This document shows positions 39,181 through 49,435 of a DNA stretch of 64,000 bases, piece by piece (position 1 is the stretch's first letter; each line of letters begins with the position of its first letter). The position numbers and the translations under genes are program-made. Under the pieces are notes generated by a model. The model was not told where the DNA came from, ran no database searches, and worked only from the letters and a program-made list of their open reading frames with translations. The DNA is from an uncultured Chloroflexia bacterium. Lineage in GTDB: Bacteria; Chloroflexota; Limnocylindria; Limnocylindrales; CSP1-4. The stretch covers positions 320,001-384,000 of the forward strand of contig CAVXPZ010000004.1 of NCBI GenBank assembly GCA_963763775.1, in the 5' to 3' direction.

Positions 39181-40151
39181 GCCCGGACCCGTGGATCGAG
39201 CCGGCCGTAGACGAGGTCCGCGGCCAGGTTGCCGAGCACGACCGTGACCGAGAGCAGCAGGAAGATCCCCTGCAGGACCGGGTAGTCGCGGGCGTCGAGC
39301 GCGTCGACCGTGAGCGTCCCGAGCCCCGGCCAGTTGAACACGACCTCGGCGGTGATCGCCCCGGCGACCACGTACCCGAGGTTGATCGCGATGATCGTCA
39401 CCATGGGCAGCATCGCGTTCGGGAACGCATGCTGTCGGAGGATCCGGCTGTCCTTGAGGCCCTTGGCGCGCGCCGTGGTCACGTAGTCCTCGGAGCGGGT
39501 CTCGATGATCGCCGACCGCATGATGATGCTGTACCCGCCGATCAGGCCCAGGGTGATCGTGGTCAGCGGCAGCACGAGGTGACGCAGGAAGTCGAAGAAC
39601 TGCGCGGCCGGTGACGCGAACTGCGCACCCGGGGTGAGCATGCCCGACGTGGGGAACCATCCGAGGTTGGCGGCGAAGATGATGATCAGCGGCATGCCGA
39701 TGACGAAGTACGGCATCGAGTAGAGGATCAGGCCGACGCCGTTCCCGACCCGGTCGCCGGTGCTCCCCCGTCTCCAGCCCGAGTACGACCCGATCGCGAG
39801 ACCCACGAAGATCGCGATGAGCTCGGCCAGGCCGATGAGGATGACGGTCGGCCAGAACCGGCTGCCGATGACCTCGGCGACGGACTGGCCCCGGAACTTC
39901 AACGAGTAGCCGAGGTCACCGGTGAGCGTGGCCTTGACGTAGCCGACCAGCTGGTCCGGGACGAGCGGCTTGTCCAGCCCCCACTCCTTGCGGACCTGCT
40001 CGATCTTCTCCGCGGTCAGATACGGGTTGCGCAGCAGGACCCGCTCCGGCGAGCCCGGCATCATCCGGAACAGCAGGAAGTTGAGCAGGACGATCGCGAA
40101 GATCGTGACGATCGCCTGTGCCGTCTTGCGGGCGATGTAGCGGCCGCTCAT
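39177..40151 (-). CDS. oppB: Oligopeptide ABC transporter permease
   Basis: MPG, GDLGYS, DYVTTARAKGL, HAFPNA, RDYP, LDPRVR. Confidence 0.92.
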   Translation of the reverse strand: MSGRYIARKTAQAIVTIFAIVLLNFLLFRMMPGSPERVLLRNPYLTAEKIEQVRKEWGLDKPLVPDQLVGYVKATLTGDLGYSLKFRGQSVAEVIGSRFWPTVILIGLAELIAIFVGLAIGSYSGWRRGSTGDRVGNGVGLILYSMPYFVIGMPLIIIFAANLGWFPTSGMLTPGAQFASPAAQFFDFLRHLVLPLTTITLGLIGGYSIIMRSAIIETRSEDYVTTARAKGLKDSRILRQHAFPNAMLPMVTIIAINLGYVVAGAITAEVVFNWPGLGTLTVDALDARDYPVLQGIFLLLSVTVVLGNLAADLVYGRLDPRVRA

Positions 40152-40208
40152 CCCACGTGGACCCTCAGGCGGTCATTCGACGCAGGGTGCAGCAGCCGCT
40201 ACCGTCCA

Positions 40209-42184
40209 TCACTCGTCCTCGTCGTCGTCCGGCTTCGAGCCGCCGCTCCGACGACGGGCCAGGCCCACGCCCACGACGACGACCACCACGAGCACCACGA
40301 TCGCGAGCAGGATCGGCGTGTTGTCCGAGCTCGACGAGCCCGAGCCGGTGCCGCCCGAGGCGGCCGGCGTCGGGGCGGCGGACGCGCCGGCCGAGGCCGA
40401 CGCCGACCCCGACCCGGACGGGGCTTCCGCGGATGGCGCCGCGGATGGCACGGCCGTGGCGTCGGTCAGGAGCGTGTAGCCGAGCGTGCCGTAGGTGAAC
40501 AGCGGCGTCCCGTTGGCCGTCGGCTGGTTCTGCCAGCCCGTGAAGACGTCGGTGCGATAGGCGTCGAGGTTCGAGTCGTAGAACAGGATGTCGTACGGCG
40601 CCTGGTCGTAGATCATGTCCTGCATCTGCTTGAGGATCGCCTTGCGCTCGTCGTCCGACGCGGCGTTGAGCTGCTGGTCGTAGAGCTTGTCGAACTCCGG
40701 GTTGCAGTACTGGCTGTCCGACGAGCTGCCGATGGCGTCGCACTTGAAGATCTGGAGCAGGGCGTTCGGGTCGACGTTGCCGCTCCAGCCCCAGAGCTCG
40801 ATGTCGTAGTTGGCGGTGTAGCCGTCGCCGGCCTCGGGCGGCAGCACCTTGTCGCCGAGCGTGGCCGAGTCGAGGACCTGGGTGGTCACCTTGATGCCGA
40901 GCTGCTTGTACCAGTCGACGATGAACGCCGCGGCCTTCGGGTAGGTGTCGTTGGTGTTCGGCATGAACATCCGGAGCGTGATCGGCTTGCCTTCCTTGTC
41001 GAGGCGGTTGCCGTTCGCATCGAGCGGGTAGCCCGGCCGCGTCGAGCTTCTGCTTCGCGAGCTCGATGTCGAAGTGGCCGCGGCGTGGTCGGGTCGTCGT
41101 GCCACTGCGTCAGGACCGGGCGGGACGATCGTCGTACCCGGGGTCGCCGAAGCCGCCGAGGACCTTGTCGACCAGGAGCTGACGGTCGACCGCGTAGCCA
41201 AGCGCGTCACGGAAAGCCGGGTCGAGCAGCGCCTTGGTGGACGGCCCGCCGCCCTTGATCGTCTTGCCCGTCCCGGTGCCGTAGGTGTTGAACGCGAGCT
41301 GCGTCCAGCCGTTGGCCGAGCCGACGACGGTCTGGATGTTCGGCTCGGTCTTGAGCGCCTTGAGCTGCTCGGCGTTGATGTCGTGCGCGTAGTCGATCTC
41401 GCCGGCCTTGAGCGCCTGGACCATCGTGTCCGCGGTCTTGAAGATCTGGATGACGACCTCGTCCGGCGAACGGCTTGGGGCCCCAGTAGTTCGGGTTCCG
41501 CTCGAACCGGACGAACTGGCCGGTCTGCCACTCGACGGCCTGGTACGGGCCGGTGCCGACGAGCGCCTCGCCGTCCTTGAGCGGCGCGTCGAACTTCGCG
41601 TCGCCGATGGTCTTGCTGGTCTCCTTGCCCCAGATGTGCTTGGGGATGATCGGGAGATAGGTCTCGAGGACGCGGTCGGAGGCGTCCTCCGTGTAGGCGA
41701 TCATCGTGGAGTCGTCCGGGCACTCGACCTTCGTGACCTTGGCGTCGTCGAGGCCGGGGTCCAGATAGCCGGCGCCGAGGCTGCCGGCGCCGCCGTCCTT
41801 GATGGCGTCGAGCGCGAGCTGCCACGAGAAGCAGGCGTCGGCCGAGGTGGCCGGCGTGCCGTCGGACCACTTCATCCCGTCGCGGATGTGGAAGGTCCAG
41901 GACTTGCCGTCCGCGGCACGCTCCCACTTGTCGGCGAATCCGGGGATCGGCTCGAGGTCCGGGCCGAAGTCGACGAGCAGGTTGTAGTTGAGCTGGAACG
42001 CCTCGTACCCGACGACGAGCAGCGTCGCGTACGGGTTGAGGGAGTCGAGGTCCTGGGTCGTGCCGACCCGCAGGATGACGGGGTCGGCGGCCGCGGCTGG
42101 TGTGCCGGCGGGGAGCACGAGCGCGGCCGCGATGGCGCCCGCAGCCAGGACTCGCGCCGTTCGGGCGCGAAGGGATGATCGCAT
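40209..42184 (-). CDS. oppA: Peptide ABC transporter substrate-binding protein (SBP_bac_5) with C-terminal TM anchor; five apparent +1 insertions (about 41465, 41140, 41117, 41078, 41034)
   Basis: DSLNP, KWSDGTP, VGTGPY, RNPNYWG, FRDALGYAVDR, YCNPEFDKL read across frames; AGGAGG RBS; terminal ILLAIVVLVVVVVVGVGLARRR. Confidence 0.88.
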
Positions 42185-42305
42185 CAGTCGAGTCTCCTCC
42201 TGAGGGGCCCTCCCGCCCGAGTGCGGCGTACGTTGGCACAGGCTGGCGAGGCGTGCAAGGACGGGCTCACTTGACGGGCCGGGAACCGTCGTGGGCCCTC
42301 GGGGA

Positions 42306-43487
42306 TCAGACCATCCAGGTCGTTGCCGGCGCCGTCTCGAGGAGGATCGGCCGGTCGATCCGGAACTGCCCCAGGTCGCCGGCCGACGGCGAATCGCCGT
42401 CCAGGCTGAGCTCGGCCGCGATCCGTCCGAGCACGGAGGCGTACTTGAACCCGTGCGCGGCCCCGAGGACGACGGTGATGCCCGGCGCCTCCGGCAACCG
42501 GTCCACCACGAAGTCGCGATCCGGCGTCAGCGTGTAGAGGCAGGTCTTCGTCAGGATGTCCGGCCCGACGGCACCCGGGAGGTGGGCCTCCATGAAGGCC
42601 CGGACGCGAGCGTACGCCGGCTCGTCACGATCGAACGTCCGCCCGTCGGGGGTCGTCGGCTGGCCGCCGCAGTCCTGGGCCGCCTTGGGACCGGCCTCGC
42701 CGTACGTGGGGAACCCGTAGAACGACGGCTCGTCCATCCAGATCCAGACCGGGAACCGATCCGGCGCGAACGCGGCAGGGTCCGGCGCCGCGAAGTAGGT
42801 CACCTGCTCCTTCGTGACGGTCAGAGGCAGCTGTCGGCCGAACGGGGCGAGCAGCTCGTTCGTCCATGCGTCGGCCGCCAGGACCACCTTGCCGGCTCGG
42901 TGGACCGTGCCGCCCGCGTGGACTTCGAGCTCGCCGCCGACCTCGCGGATCGCCGTGACCGGGGTCCGGTCGAGCAGCGTCGCGCCGTGCGCCGTCGCGA
43001 GTCGCCGATGCGCGGCATTGCCCTTGTACGGGTCGGCCAGCCCGCCCTGGGCTTGCCACATCGCGGTGACGTCGTCGGTCACGCGCCACTGCGGCCACCG
43101 CCGTCGGACCTCGGCCGCGTCGAGCAGGTCGTACGGAACGCCCTCGGCAGTCAGGCTCTCGGTGTAATCCGCCTTCGGGATCGCCGGGTCGGCCGGCCAC
43201 AGGTCCAGCCCGCCCGTCACGGTCACGATCCGCTCGCCCAATTCCGCCTCGACCGCGGACCAAGTCTCGTAGGCACGCTTCGCCAGACGCACGTAGTCGG
43301 GACGGTGGTACGACAGTCGGATGATCCGGCTGTGGTCCGCGGAGGCGCCGTTCGCGTGTCCGAACTCGAATCGTTCGAGGCCAAGGACGCGCGCGCCAGG
43401 GCGAGTCGAGGCCCAGTAGGCAGCTCCGGACCCGAGCGCCCCGAGCCCGACGACGATGAGATCCCAGTCACGACGGTCGGCGGTCAT
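42306..43487 (-). CDS. solA: N-methyl-L-tryptophan oxidase / monomeric sarcosine oxidase
   Basis: VVGLGALG, SADHSRIIR, CLYTLTPD (covalent FAD Cys), AHGFKY. Confidence 0.88.
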   Translation of the reverse strand: MTADRRDWDLIVVGLGALGSGAAYWASTRPGARVLGLERFEFGHANGASADHSRIIRLSYHRPDYVRLAKRAYETWSAVEAELGERIVTVTGGLDLWPADPAIPKADYTESLTAEGVPYDLLDAAEVRRRWPQWRVTDDVTAMWQAQGGLADPYKGNAAHRRLATAHGATLLDRTPVTAIREVGGELEVHAGGTVHRAGKVVLAADAWTNELLAPFGRQLPLTVTKEQVTYFAAPDPAAFAPDRFPVWIWMDEPSFYGFPTYGEAGPKAAQDCGGQPTTPDGRTFDRDEPAYARVRAFMEAHLPGAVGPDILTKTCLYTLTPDRDFVVDRLPEAPGITVVLGAAHGFKYASVLGRIAAELSLDGDSPSAGDLGQFRIDRPILLETAPATTWMV

Positions 43488-43540
43488 GGCCGGATGGTAG
43501 GGCGGAGCGCGCGGTGCCGCTGTGCGTGTCCCGGATGAGC

Positions 43541-43584
43541 GTGCGCACGACCATGCACTATGATGTGCGCATGAACGTGCGCAC
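43541..43584 (+). promoter_or_regulatory. Leaderless promoter and operator palindromes of vapBC
   Basis: TATGAT at 43559-43564, 6 nt before ATG 43571; GTGCGCAC at 43541 and 43577, GTGCGCAT at 43565. Confidence 0.6.
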
Positions 43585-43825
43585 GAACCTGCTGCTGTCC
43601 GAGGAGCTCGTCAAGGAGGTCGACCACTTCGCCGGTCCGCGCGGCCGCAGCCGATACGTGACCGAGGCGCTGGAAGCCAGACTGCGACGAGACCGGCTCC
43701 GGGAAGCGATCGATGCCTCCGCTGGCCTTTGGAAGGACAACCCGCTGTTCCCGACCGACGAGTCCGTCGTCGAGTGGGTCCGCGAGGGGCGTCGCCAAAC
43801 GCGCGATCCGTGGGCCGATGACTGA
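43571..43825 (+). CDS. VapB-like ribbon-helix-helix antitoxin
   Basis: RTNLLLSEELVKEVD...RSRYV..AL RHH pattern; stop overlaps the toxin start (TGATG). Confidence 0.85.
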   Translation: MNVRTNLLLSEELVKEVDHFAGPRGRSRYVTEALEARLRRDRLREAIDASAGLWKDNPLFPTDESVVEWVREGRRQTRDPWADD

Positions 43826-44205
43826 TGGCGGTCTATCTGCTGGACGCCTCCTTCCTGATCGACCACCTCCGCGGAGTCACCGCGGCAACAGATCGATTCC
43901 GCGCGATCAACGAAGGCGGCGAGACCTTGCTGGTCTGCGACGTCTCCGCCGCGGAGGTGTGGTCAGGTCGCCGGTCGGAACACCGCGAGGTCGACCGACT
44001 CCTGCGCTATCTCGAGTTCGTCCAGCCAGGGCCCGCGACATCGAAGCTGGCGGGCGTCTGGCGCGCAGATGCGCGGCTCCGAGGCCGATCGCTGGACATC
44101 CCCGATGCGCTCATCGCCGCCAGTGCCTTCGAGCTTGGAGCGGCCGTCCTGACCCGGAACGTGCGCGACTTCGAGTCGACCCCCGTCCGGATCGAGACCT
44201 ACTGA
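43825..44205 (+). CDS. vapC: VapC PIN-domain ribonuclease toxin
   Basis: YLLDASFLID, AEV, DALIAASA, TRNVRDF acidic PIN residues. Confidence 0.92.
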   Translation: MAVYLLDASFLIDHLRGVTAATDRFRAINEGGETLLVCDVSAAEVWSGRRSEHREVDRLLRYLEFVQPGPATSKLAGVWRADARLRGRSLDIPDALIAASAFELGAAVLTRNVRDFESTPVRIETY

Positions 44206-44786
44206 GGGTCGGTCGGCCCGGCACGACGGTCCAGCGCGACCCGCTGGATGGCCACGACGCTCATGGCGTCGGAGATCCGGCCGTCGAACGTCATCGCCAG
44301 TGCGTCCTCGAACGGGACCCATCGGATCGCGAGCGCCTCCGTCGGCTCGGGCTCCGCGTCGCCGTGGATCAGCCCGGTCGCCAGGTACAGCACGGCGACC
44401 TCGTCGCTGACCGAGTTCGAGAGGTCCACTCGGACGAGCTCCCGCCACTCGGTCGCCTCGACCCCGGTCTCCTCCCGGAGCTCGCGCTGCGCCCCGGCGA
44501 GCGGGTCCTCCCCGTCAGGCACGCCACCCTCCGGGATCTCCCACGAATACCGGTCCAACGTGTAGCGGTATTGGCCGACGAGGACGATCCGGTCCGCTAC
44601 ATCGATCGCGACGACGCCGGCCGCGACGTTCGCGAAATGGACGACGCCGTAGATGCCCGCGCTGCCGTCGGGTCGAGTGACCTCGTCGTGGTAGATCGTG
44701 ATCCACGGGTTCTCGTACGCGAGCCGGCGTGATGTCTGGAACCAGTCACGGGCGTCGTCGGGGCTCGGGGTCGGCAGGTCCTCCAT
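44199..44786 (-). CDS. NUDIX hydrolase (ADP-ribose pyrophosphatase-like)
   Basis: QYRY, WEIPEGG, Nudix box AQRELREETG. Confidence 0.92.
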   Translation of the reverse strand: MEDLPTPSPDDARDWFQTSRRLAYENPWITIYHDEVTRPDGSAGIYGVVHFANVAAGVVAIDVADRIVLVGQYRYTLDRYSWEIPEGGVPDGEDPLAGAQRELREETGVEATEWRELVRVDLSNSVSDEVAVLYLATGLIHGDAEPEPTEALAIRWVPFEDALAMTFDGRISDAMSVVAIQRVALDRRAGPTDPQ

Positions 44787-44854
44787 CGCCGCATCGTCGC
44801 ACGCGGCGGTCGGCCGTGCCCGGCCGCGGGCCGTCGCCCGTAGACTCGCCGACC

Positions 44855-46934
44855 ATGACGACCGAGGATCGCCGCGCCAGCCCGCCGACGCGGGCCCCCC
44901 TCGTCGAGTGGGACGTCCGGATCCGCGCCCGGGACGGCATCGAGCTCTCCGCGAACATCTGGCGGCCGGCTGACGCCGTCGGCGATGACGGCCGGGTGCC
45001 GGCCATCCTCGAGATGATCCCGTACGGCAAGGACAACTGGCGCCGCAACGCCGACACGGCTCGGGGCGAGTGGTTCGCCGCCCGCGGCTATGCCCTGTGC
45101 CGGGTCGATGTCCGCGGGACCGGGTCGTCGGACGGCGTCGCCCTCGACGAGTACACCGCGGTCGAGACGCAGGACGGGTACGACGCGGTCGAATGGCTTG
45201 CGGCGCAGCCGTGGTGCACCGGCCAGGTGGGGATGTGGGGCATCAGCTACGGGGGCTTCACCGCGATCCAGGTGGCGGCGCTCCGGCCGCCGCACCTCAA
45301 GGCGATCGTCCCCGTCCAGGCCACCGACGATCGCTACCGCACCGACGTCCACTACATCGGCGGCTGCGTCACCGCGAGCGAGCTCTCCCAGTACGCCGTC
45401 AGCCAGGTCGCGATGAACGCGATGCCGCCGGACGCGGCCTTCCGCGGTCCGGGCTGGCTTGACGAGTGGCGTTCGCGACTCGAGGCCACGCCCCCCTGGC
45501 TGATCGAGTGGGTCCGCCAGCAGGCCGACGGGCCGTATTGGCGCACCGGCTCGCTCGCCCCCGACTACGACGCCATCGAGGCGGCGATCCTGAGCGTCGG
45601 CGGCTGGAACGACGCCTACGTCGACGCGGCCTTCCGGATGCAGGCCCGGTGCAGCGCCGCCGCACCGCACGCTCGTCGGGAACTGGGTCCACGGGTGGCC
45701 CTCGAGCGCGAACCCGGGGCCGAACCTCGATGAACTCCACGAGGTCGCGCGGTTCTTCGATCGATGGCTGAAGGGCGAGACGAACGGCATCGACGACGAG
45801 CCGGCGGTCGTCTGGTTCGAGCGCGACTACGCCGAGCCGGAACCCTATCCGGCCGAGTGGCCGGGCCGCTGGCGCGCCGCGACCGCCTTCCCGCACCCAT
45901 CGACGCGCGAGGTCGCGTGGTGGTTCACCGGCGGGCCGCTGCCGTCCGTGGGCGGCCTGGCGCCGGAGGGCGACTCGATGCCGATCGCGACCGGCATCGA
46001 CCGCTACCGGCATCGGCCGGCACTCGGGACCCGCGCCGGTCTGTCGTGGGGGTCGGGCAGCGAGCCAAACGGGCTCGCGCGGGACCTCCGCCCGGACGAG
46101 AGCCTGGGTCCGACCTATACGAGCGAGCCGTTGGTCGAGCCGGTGTCGGTCTTGGGCGAGCCGATCGTCGTGCTCCACCTCGCAGTCGACGCGACCGTCG
46201 CGACGGCGGTGGTCCGCCTGACCGACGTGGCCCCGGACGGCACGTCCTCCTGGGTCAGTGCCGGGATCCTGAACCTCACGCACCGGCGGTCCGACACCGA
46301 CCCGGAGCCGATGCCCCTCGGTGGCGTGGAGGAGGTCCGCGTCCCGCTCCGGCACGCCGGCTACCGATTCGCGCCCGGCCATCGCATCCGCGTCTCGGTG
46401 GCGTCCTCGGCCTGGCCGGTGATCTGGCCGTCCCCCTATCCGGCCACCTTCCAGCTGCACCGCGGGCCGGCGACGCCGTCCCGGCTGGTGCTCCCGGTCA
46501 TCCCGGACGAGACGGTCGCGGGCGATCCGGACGTCCCGGCCTTCAAGACCACGCCACCGGACCTCCGGGATGTCGGCGGCGAGGGGATCTACGACGAGCC
46601 GGCGTGGACGATCGAGGAGGACGTCATCCGCGGCACGACCGCCGTGACGATCCATGACGGCGGTGAGGACGTCCTCGAGGACGGTCGACGGCTCTATGCG
46701 GCCGAGACCCTGCGGCTCACGGCGTCGGACCGCGAGCCCGCGACGGCGACGCTCGATGCCGACGTCGTCTACCGCTGGACGGACGCCGGACGAGCGATCG
46801 AGATCCGCGCCCGGAGCCTCCAGACGAGCGACGTCGCGGCCTTCGACCTGACGGTCGACCTCGATGTGACCCTCGACGGCGAGCCGTTCTTCGATCGGTC
46901 CTGGCAGGAGCGCATCCCGCGGCGACTCGTCTAG
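44855..46934 (+). CDS. CocE/NonD family hydrolase (apparent +1 insertion near 45660)
   Basis: PYGK, DVRGTGSS.G, GMWGISYGG nucleophile, GGWND; GNWVH and the PepX_C-like C-terminus in a shifted frame. Confidence 0.9.
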
Positions 46935-47110
46935 CGGGCGGTGCGCCGGGCGGTGCGCCGACGCGCTGACCCATCTGCCGCGCCCGACCGGGCGGATGGT
47001 CGGGGTGGGCGTCTCCCGCGAGCCTCGACATACTTGGGCGACCCCCGGGTGCTGCGCCGCTCACCGGCGCCGACCGAACACCGCCGTCTCGACGGCAGGA
47101 GGCACGGGTC

Positions 47111-47960
47111 TTGCTGTTCCCCACGACCGACGTCCGACCGACTTCGCCATCCCGATCGATGCGCCTGCGTGGCGCTGGCGGTCCTCGCCGCTGTCGTCGC
47201 CGTGGGCGCGATCGCCCTGGCCCCGAGGCCGATGGCCGCGGCGGCGGCGGTCAAGGTGGTCGTGGTGGTCGGTCCAGTCGAAGGCAACACGGCTCGCTAT
47301 GTCCGGATCGGGAAGTCCTACGCCGCGCTGGCGCGCTCGTACGGCGCCCAGGTCGTCGAGGTCTACAGCCCGCGGGCGACGTGGTCGAAGGTCAAGGCCG
47401 CCGCGAAGGGCGCCGACGTCTTCATCTACCTCGGCCACGGCAACGGGTATCCGAGCCCGTACGGGCCGATGTCCGCCGCGCGGCGCAACGGGATGGGGCT
47501 GAACGCCTCGTTGTCGCACGGCAATTCGAACGTCAAGTATTACGGGCAGTCACCGGTCTCGACCGGGCTCGACCTGGCGCCGAACTCCGTCGTGCTGCTC
47601 AACCACCTCTGCTACGCCTCCGGCAATTCCGAGCCGGGACGCGCCAAGCCGGGACCCGGCACGGCCAGGCAGCGTGCCGACGGGTACGGCACCGGGTTCC
47701 TGCGGACCGGCGCGCGGGCCGTCTTCGCCAACGGGCACGGGAGCCTGTCCTCCGTGCTCACCGACATCTTCACGAGCGACAAGACCGTCGCCCAGATGTT
47801 CCAGGACGACCACGCGTTCGTCGGGACCCGGGACTACACCTTCGCCTCGAAACACACGTCGTGGGCGACCGTCTGGATGGATCCGTCACCCGGCGCCGCC
47901 TACTACCACTCGCTCAACGGCGACCTCACGCTGACCGCGGCCCAGATCCGCGGCGGCTGA
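47111..47960 (+). CDS. Secreted hypothetical protein with His-Gly/Cys signature (paralog of 6577-7422); apparent +1 insertion near 47168
   Basis: GGAGG plus TTG 47111 mirrors the paralog start; KVVVVVGP, YLGHGNGYPSPYG, LNHLCYASG, GFLRTGA motifs. Confidence 0.78.
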
Positions 47961-48043
47961 GACGGCCGCCGGCCGTCCGCTCGACCTCGGCAGGGCGTCG
48001 CGGGACGGTCCGTCGGGCGGCCAGCCCGCTACACTCTCGCGCC

Positions 48044-49222
48044 ATGACGCACGCACGCATCTCGGCGAAGGCGGCCAGCTTCACCGAGTCGGTCATCCGC
48101 GAGATGAACCGGCAGGCGACGATCCGTGGCGCGGTCAGCCTGGCCCAGGGGTTCCCCGATTTCGCGTGTCCGCCCGAACTCAAGGCGGCGGCCGCGGCGG
48201 CCGTCCACGAGGACATCAACCAGTACGCGATCACCTGGGGCGCCAAGACGCTTCGCGACGCGATCGCGTCCTCGACCGTGGCGCACTTCCCGGGCTGGGG
48301 CGCCATCGATCCCGAGACGCAGGTCACGGTGACGTGCGGCGCGACCGAGGCGATGGTCGCGGCGATGCTCGGTCTGCTCGACCCCGGCGACGAAGTCATC
48401 GTGTTCGAGCCCTACTACGAGAACTACGGGCCGGACGCGATCCTGTCCGGGGCCGTGCCTCGCTACGTCACCCTCCACGAGCCCGACTGGTCGATCGATC
48501 CGGACGAACTCCGCGCGGCGTTCGGACCGAAGACGCGCGGCATCGTCATCAACTCCCCGCACAACCCCACCGGCAAGGTATTCACGCACGACGAGCTCAC
48601 CTTGATCGCCGGCCTGTGCGTCGAGTTCGACGTCATCGCCTTCACGGACGACATCTACGAGCACATCGTCTTCGAGGGCGAGCACATCCCGCTCGCGACG
48701 CTGCCCGGGATGGCGGACCGCACGGTCTCCATCCACTCGATGTCGAAGTCGTACTCCGTGACCGGCTGGCGTATCGGCTGGACGATCGCCGCGCCGGACC
48801 TGACCGTCGGGATCCGGCGGGTCCACGACTTCCTGACGGTCGGGGCCGCCGCACCGCTCCAGGCAGCGGCCGTCGTCGCGCTCGGCTTCCCGCAGGCCTA
48901 TTACGACGACCTCGTGGCCGGCTACCGGGCGCGGCGCGACCTGCTGCTGCCGGCCTTGCACGCTGCGGGGTTCCGCGTGTCCGACCCGGCCGGCGCGTAC
49001 TACGTCATGACCGACATCCGCGACCTGACCGACGAGGACGACGTCACGTTCGCGATGCGGCTCATCGACGACCCGGGGGTCGCGGCCGTCCCGGGCTCGT
49101 CGTTCTACTCGGACCCGCGGCTCGGCCGGACGAAACTCCGGTTCGCGTTCCCCAAGCGCGACGAGACGCTGCGAGCGGCGGCTGACCGTCTCGCGCGCAT
49201 CGAGGCCGCCGTCCGGCCCTGA
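48044..49222 (+). CDS. Class I/II PLP-dependent aminotransferase (methionine/kynurenine-type)
   Basis: LAQGFPDF, GATEA, NSPHNPTG, DDIYE, SMSKSYSVTGWRIG. Confidence 0.93.
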   Translation: MTHARISAKAASFTESVIREMNRQATIRGAVSLAQGFPDFACPPELKAAAAAAVHEDINQYAITWGAKTLRDAIASSTVAHFPGWGAIDPETQVTVTCGATEAMVAAMLGLLDPGDEVIVFEPYYENYGPDAILSGAVPRYVTLHEPDWSIDPDELRAAFGPKTRGIVINSPHNPTGKVFTHDELTLIAGLCVEFDVIAFTDDIYEHIVFEGEHIPLATLPGMADRTVSIHSMSKSYSVTGWRIGWTIAAPDLTVGIRRVHDFLTVGAAAPLQAAAVVALGFPQAYYDDLVAGYRARRDLLLPALHAAGFRVSDPAGAYYVMTDIRDLTDEDDVTFAMRLIDDPGVAAVPGSSFYSDPRLGRTKLRFAFPKRDETLRAAADRLARIEAAVRP

Positions 49223-49236
49223 CCGCCGTCAGAGGC

Positions 49237-49384
49237 GGGGTGCGAGCGCATGCAGGGACGCCACTCACAGTACCTGTTTCGACACGAACTCCTCGTGGAT
49301 CGACGAAGATTGACCGAACGCGTCGGATCGTAGGCACGACCACGCTTAGATGTTCGCGAACCGGTACTGGCCGTACCGTGCCCC
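49237..49384 (+). ncRNA. Candidate rod-shaped structured RNA (family unassigned)
   Basis: Nested pairings GGGGTGCG/CGTGCCCC, CAGTACC/GGTACTG, CGAAC/GTTCG, CGTGG(A)TCG/CGACCACG; lower GC; lies between convergent genes. Confidence 0.4.
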
Positions 49385-49435
49385 GCGTCGGGACGGCTGT
49401 CTCGGATCGAGGCGACCGTCCGCTCCTGAGCCTCG

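Noticed and set aside
40209-42184. oppA as a true pseudogene
   Set aside because: All five breaks are single extra G bases with no nonsense codons, and oppBCDF are intact. Sequencing error is more parsimonious.
47111-49222. 703-aa ORF suggesting an N-terminally extended aminotransferase
   Set aside because: The aminotransferase starts at 48044 below a TACACT -10 box. The upstream part is the out-of-frame start of the secreted paralogue.
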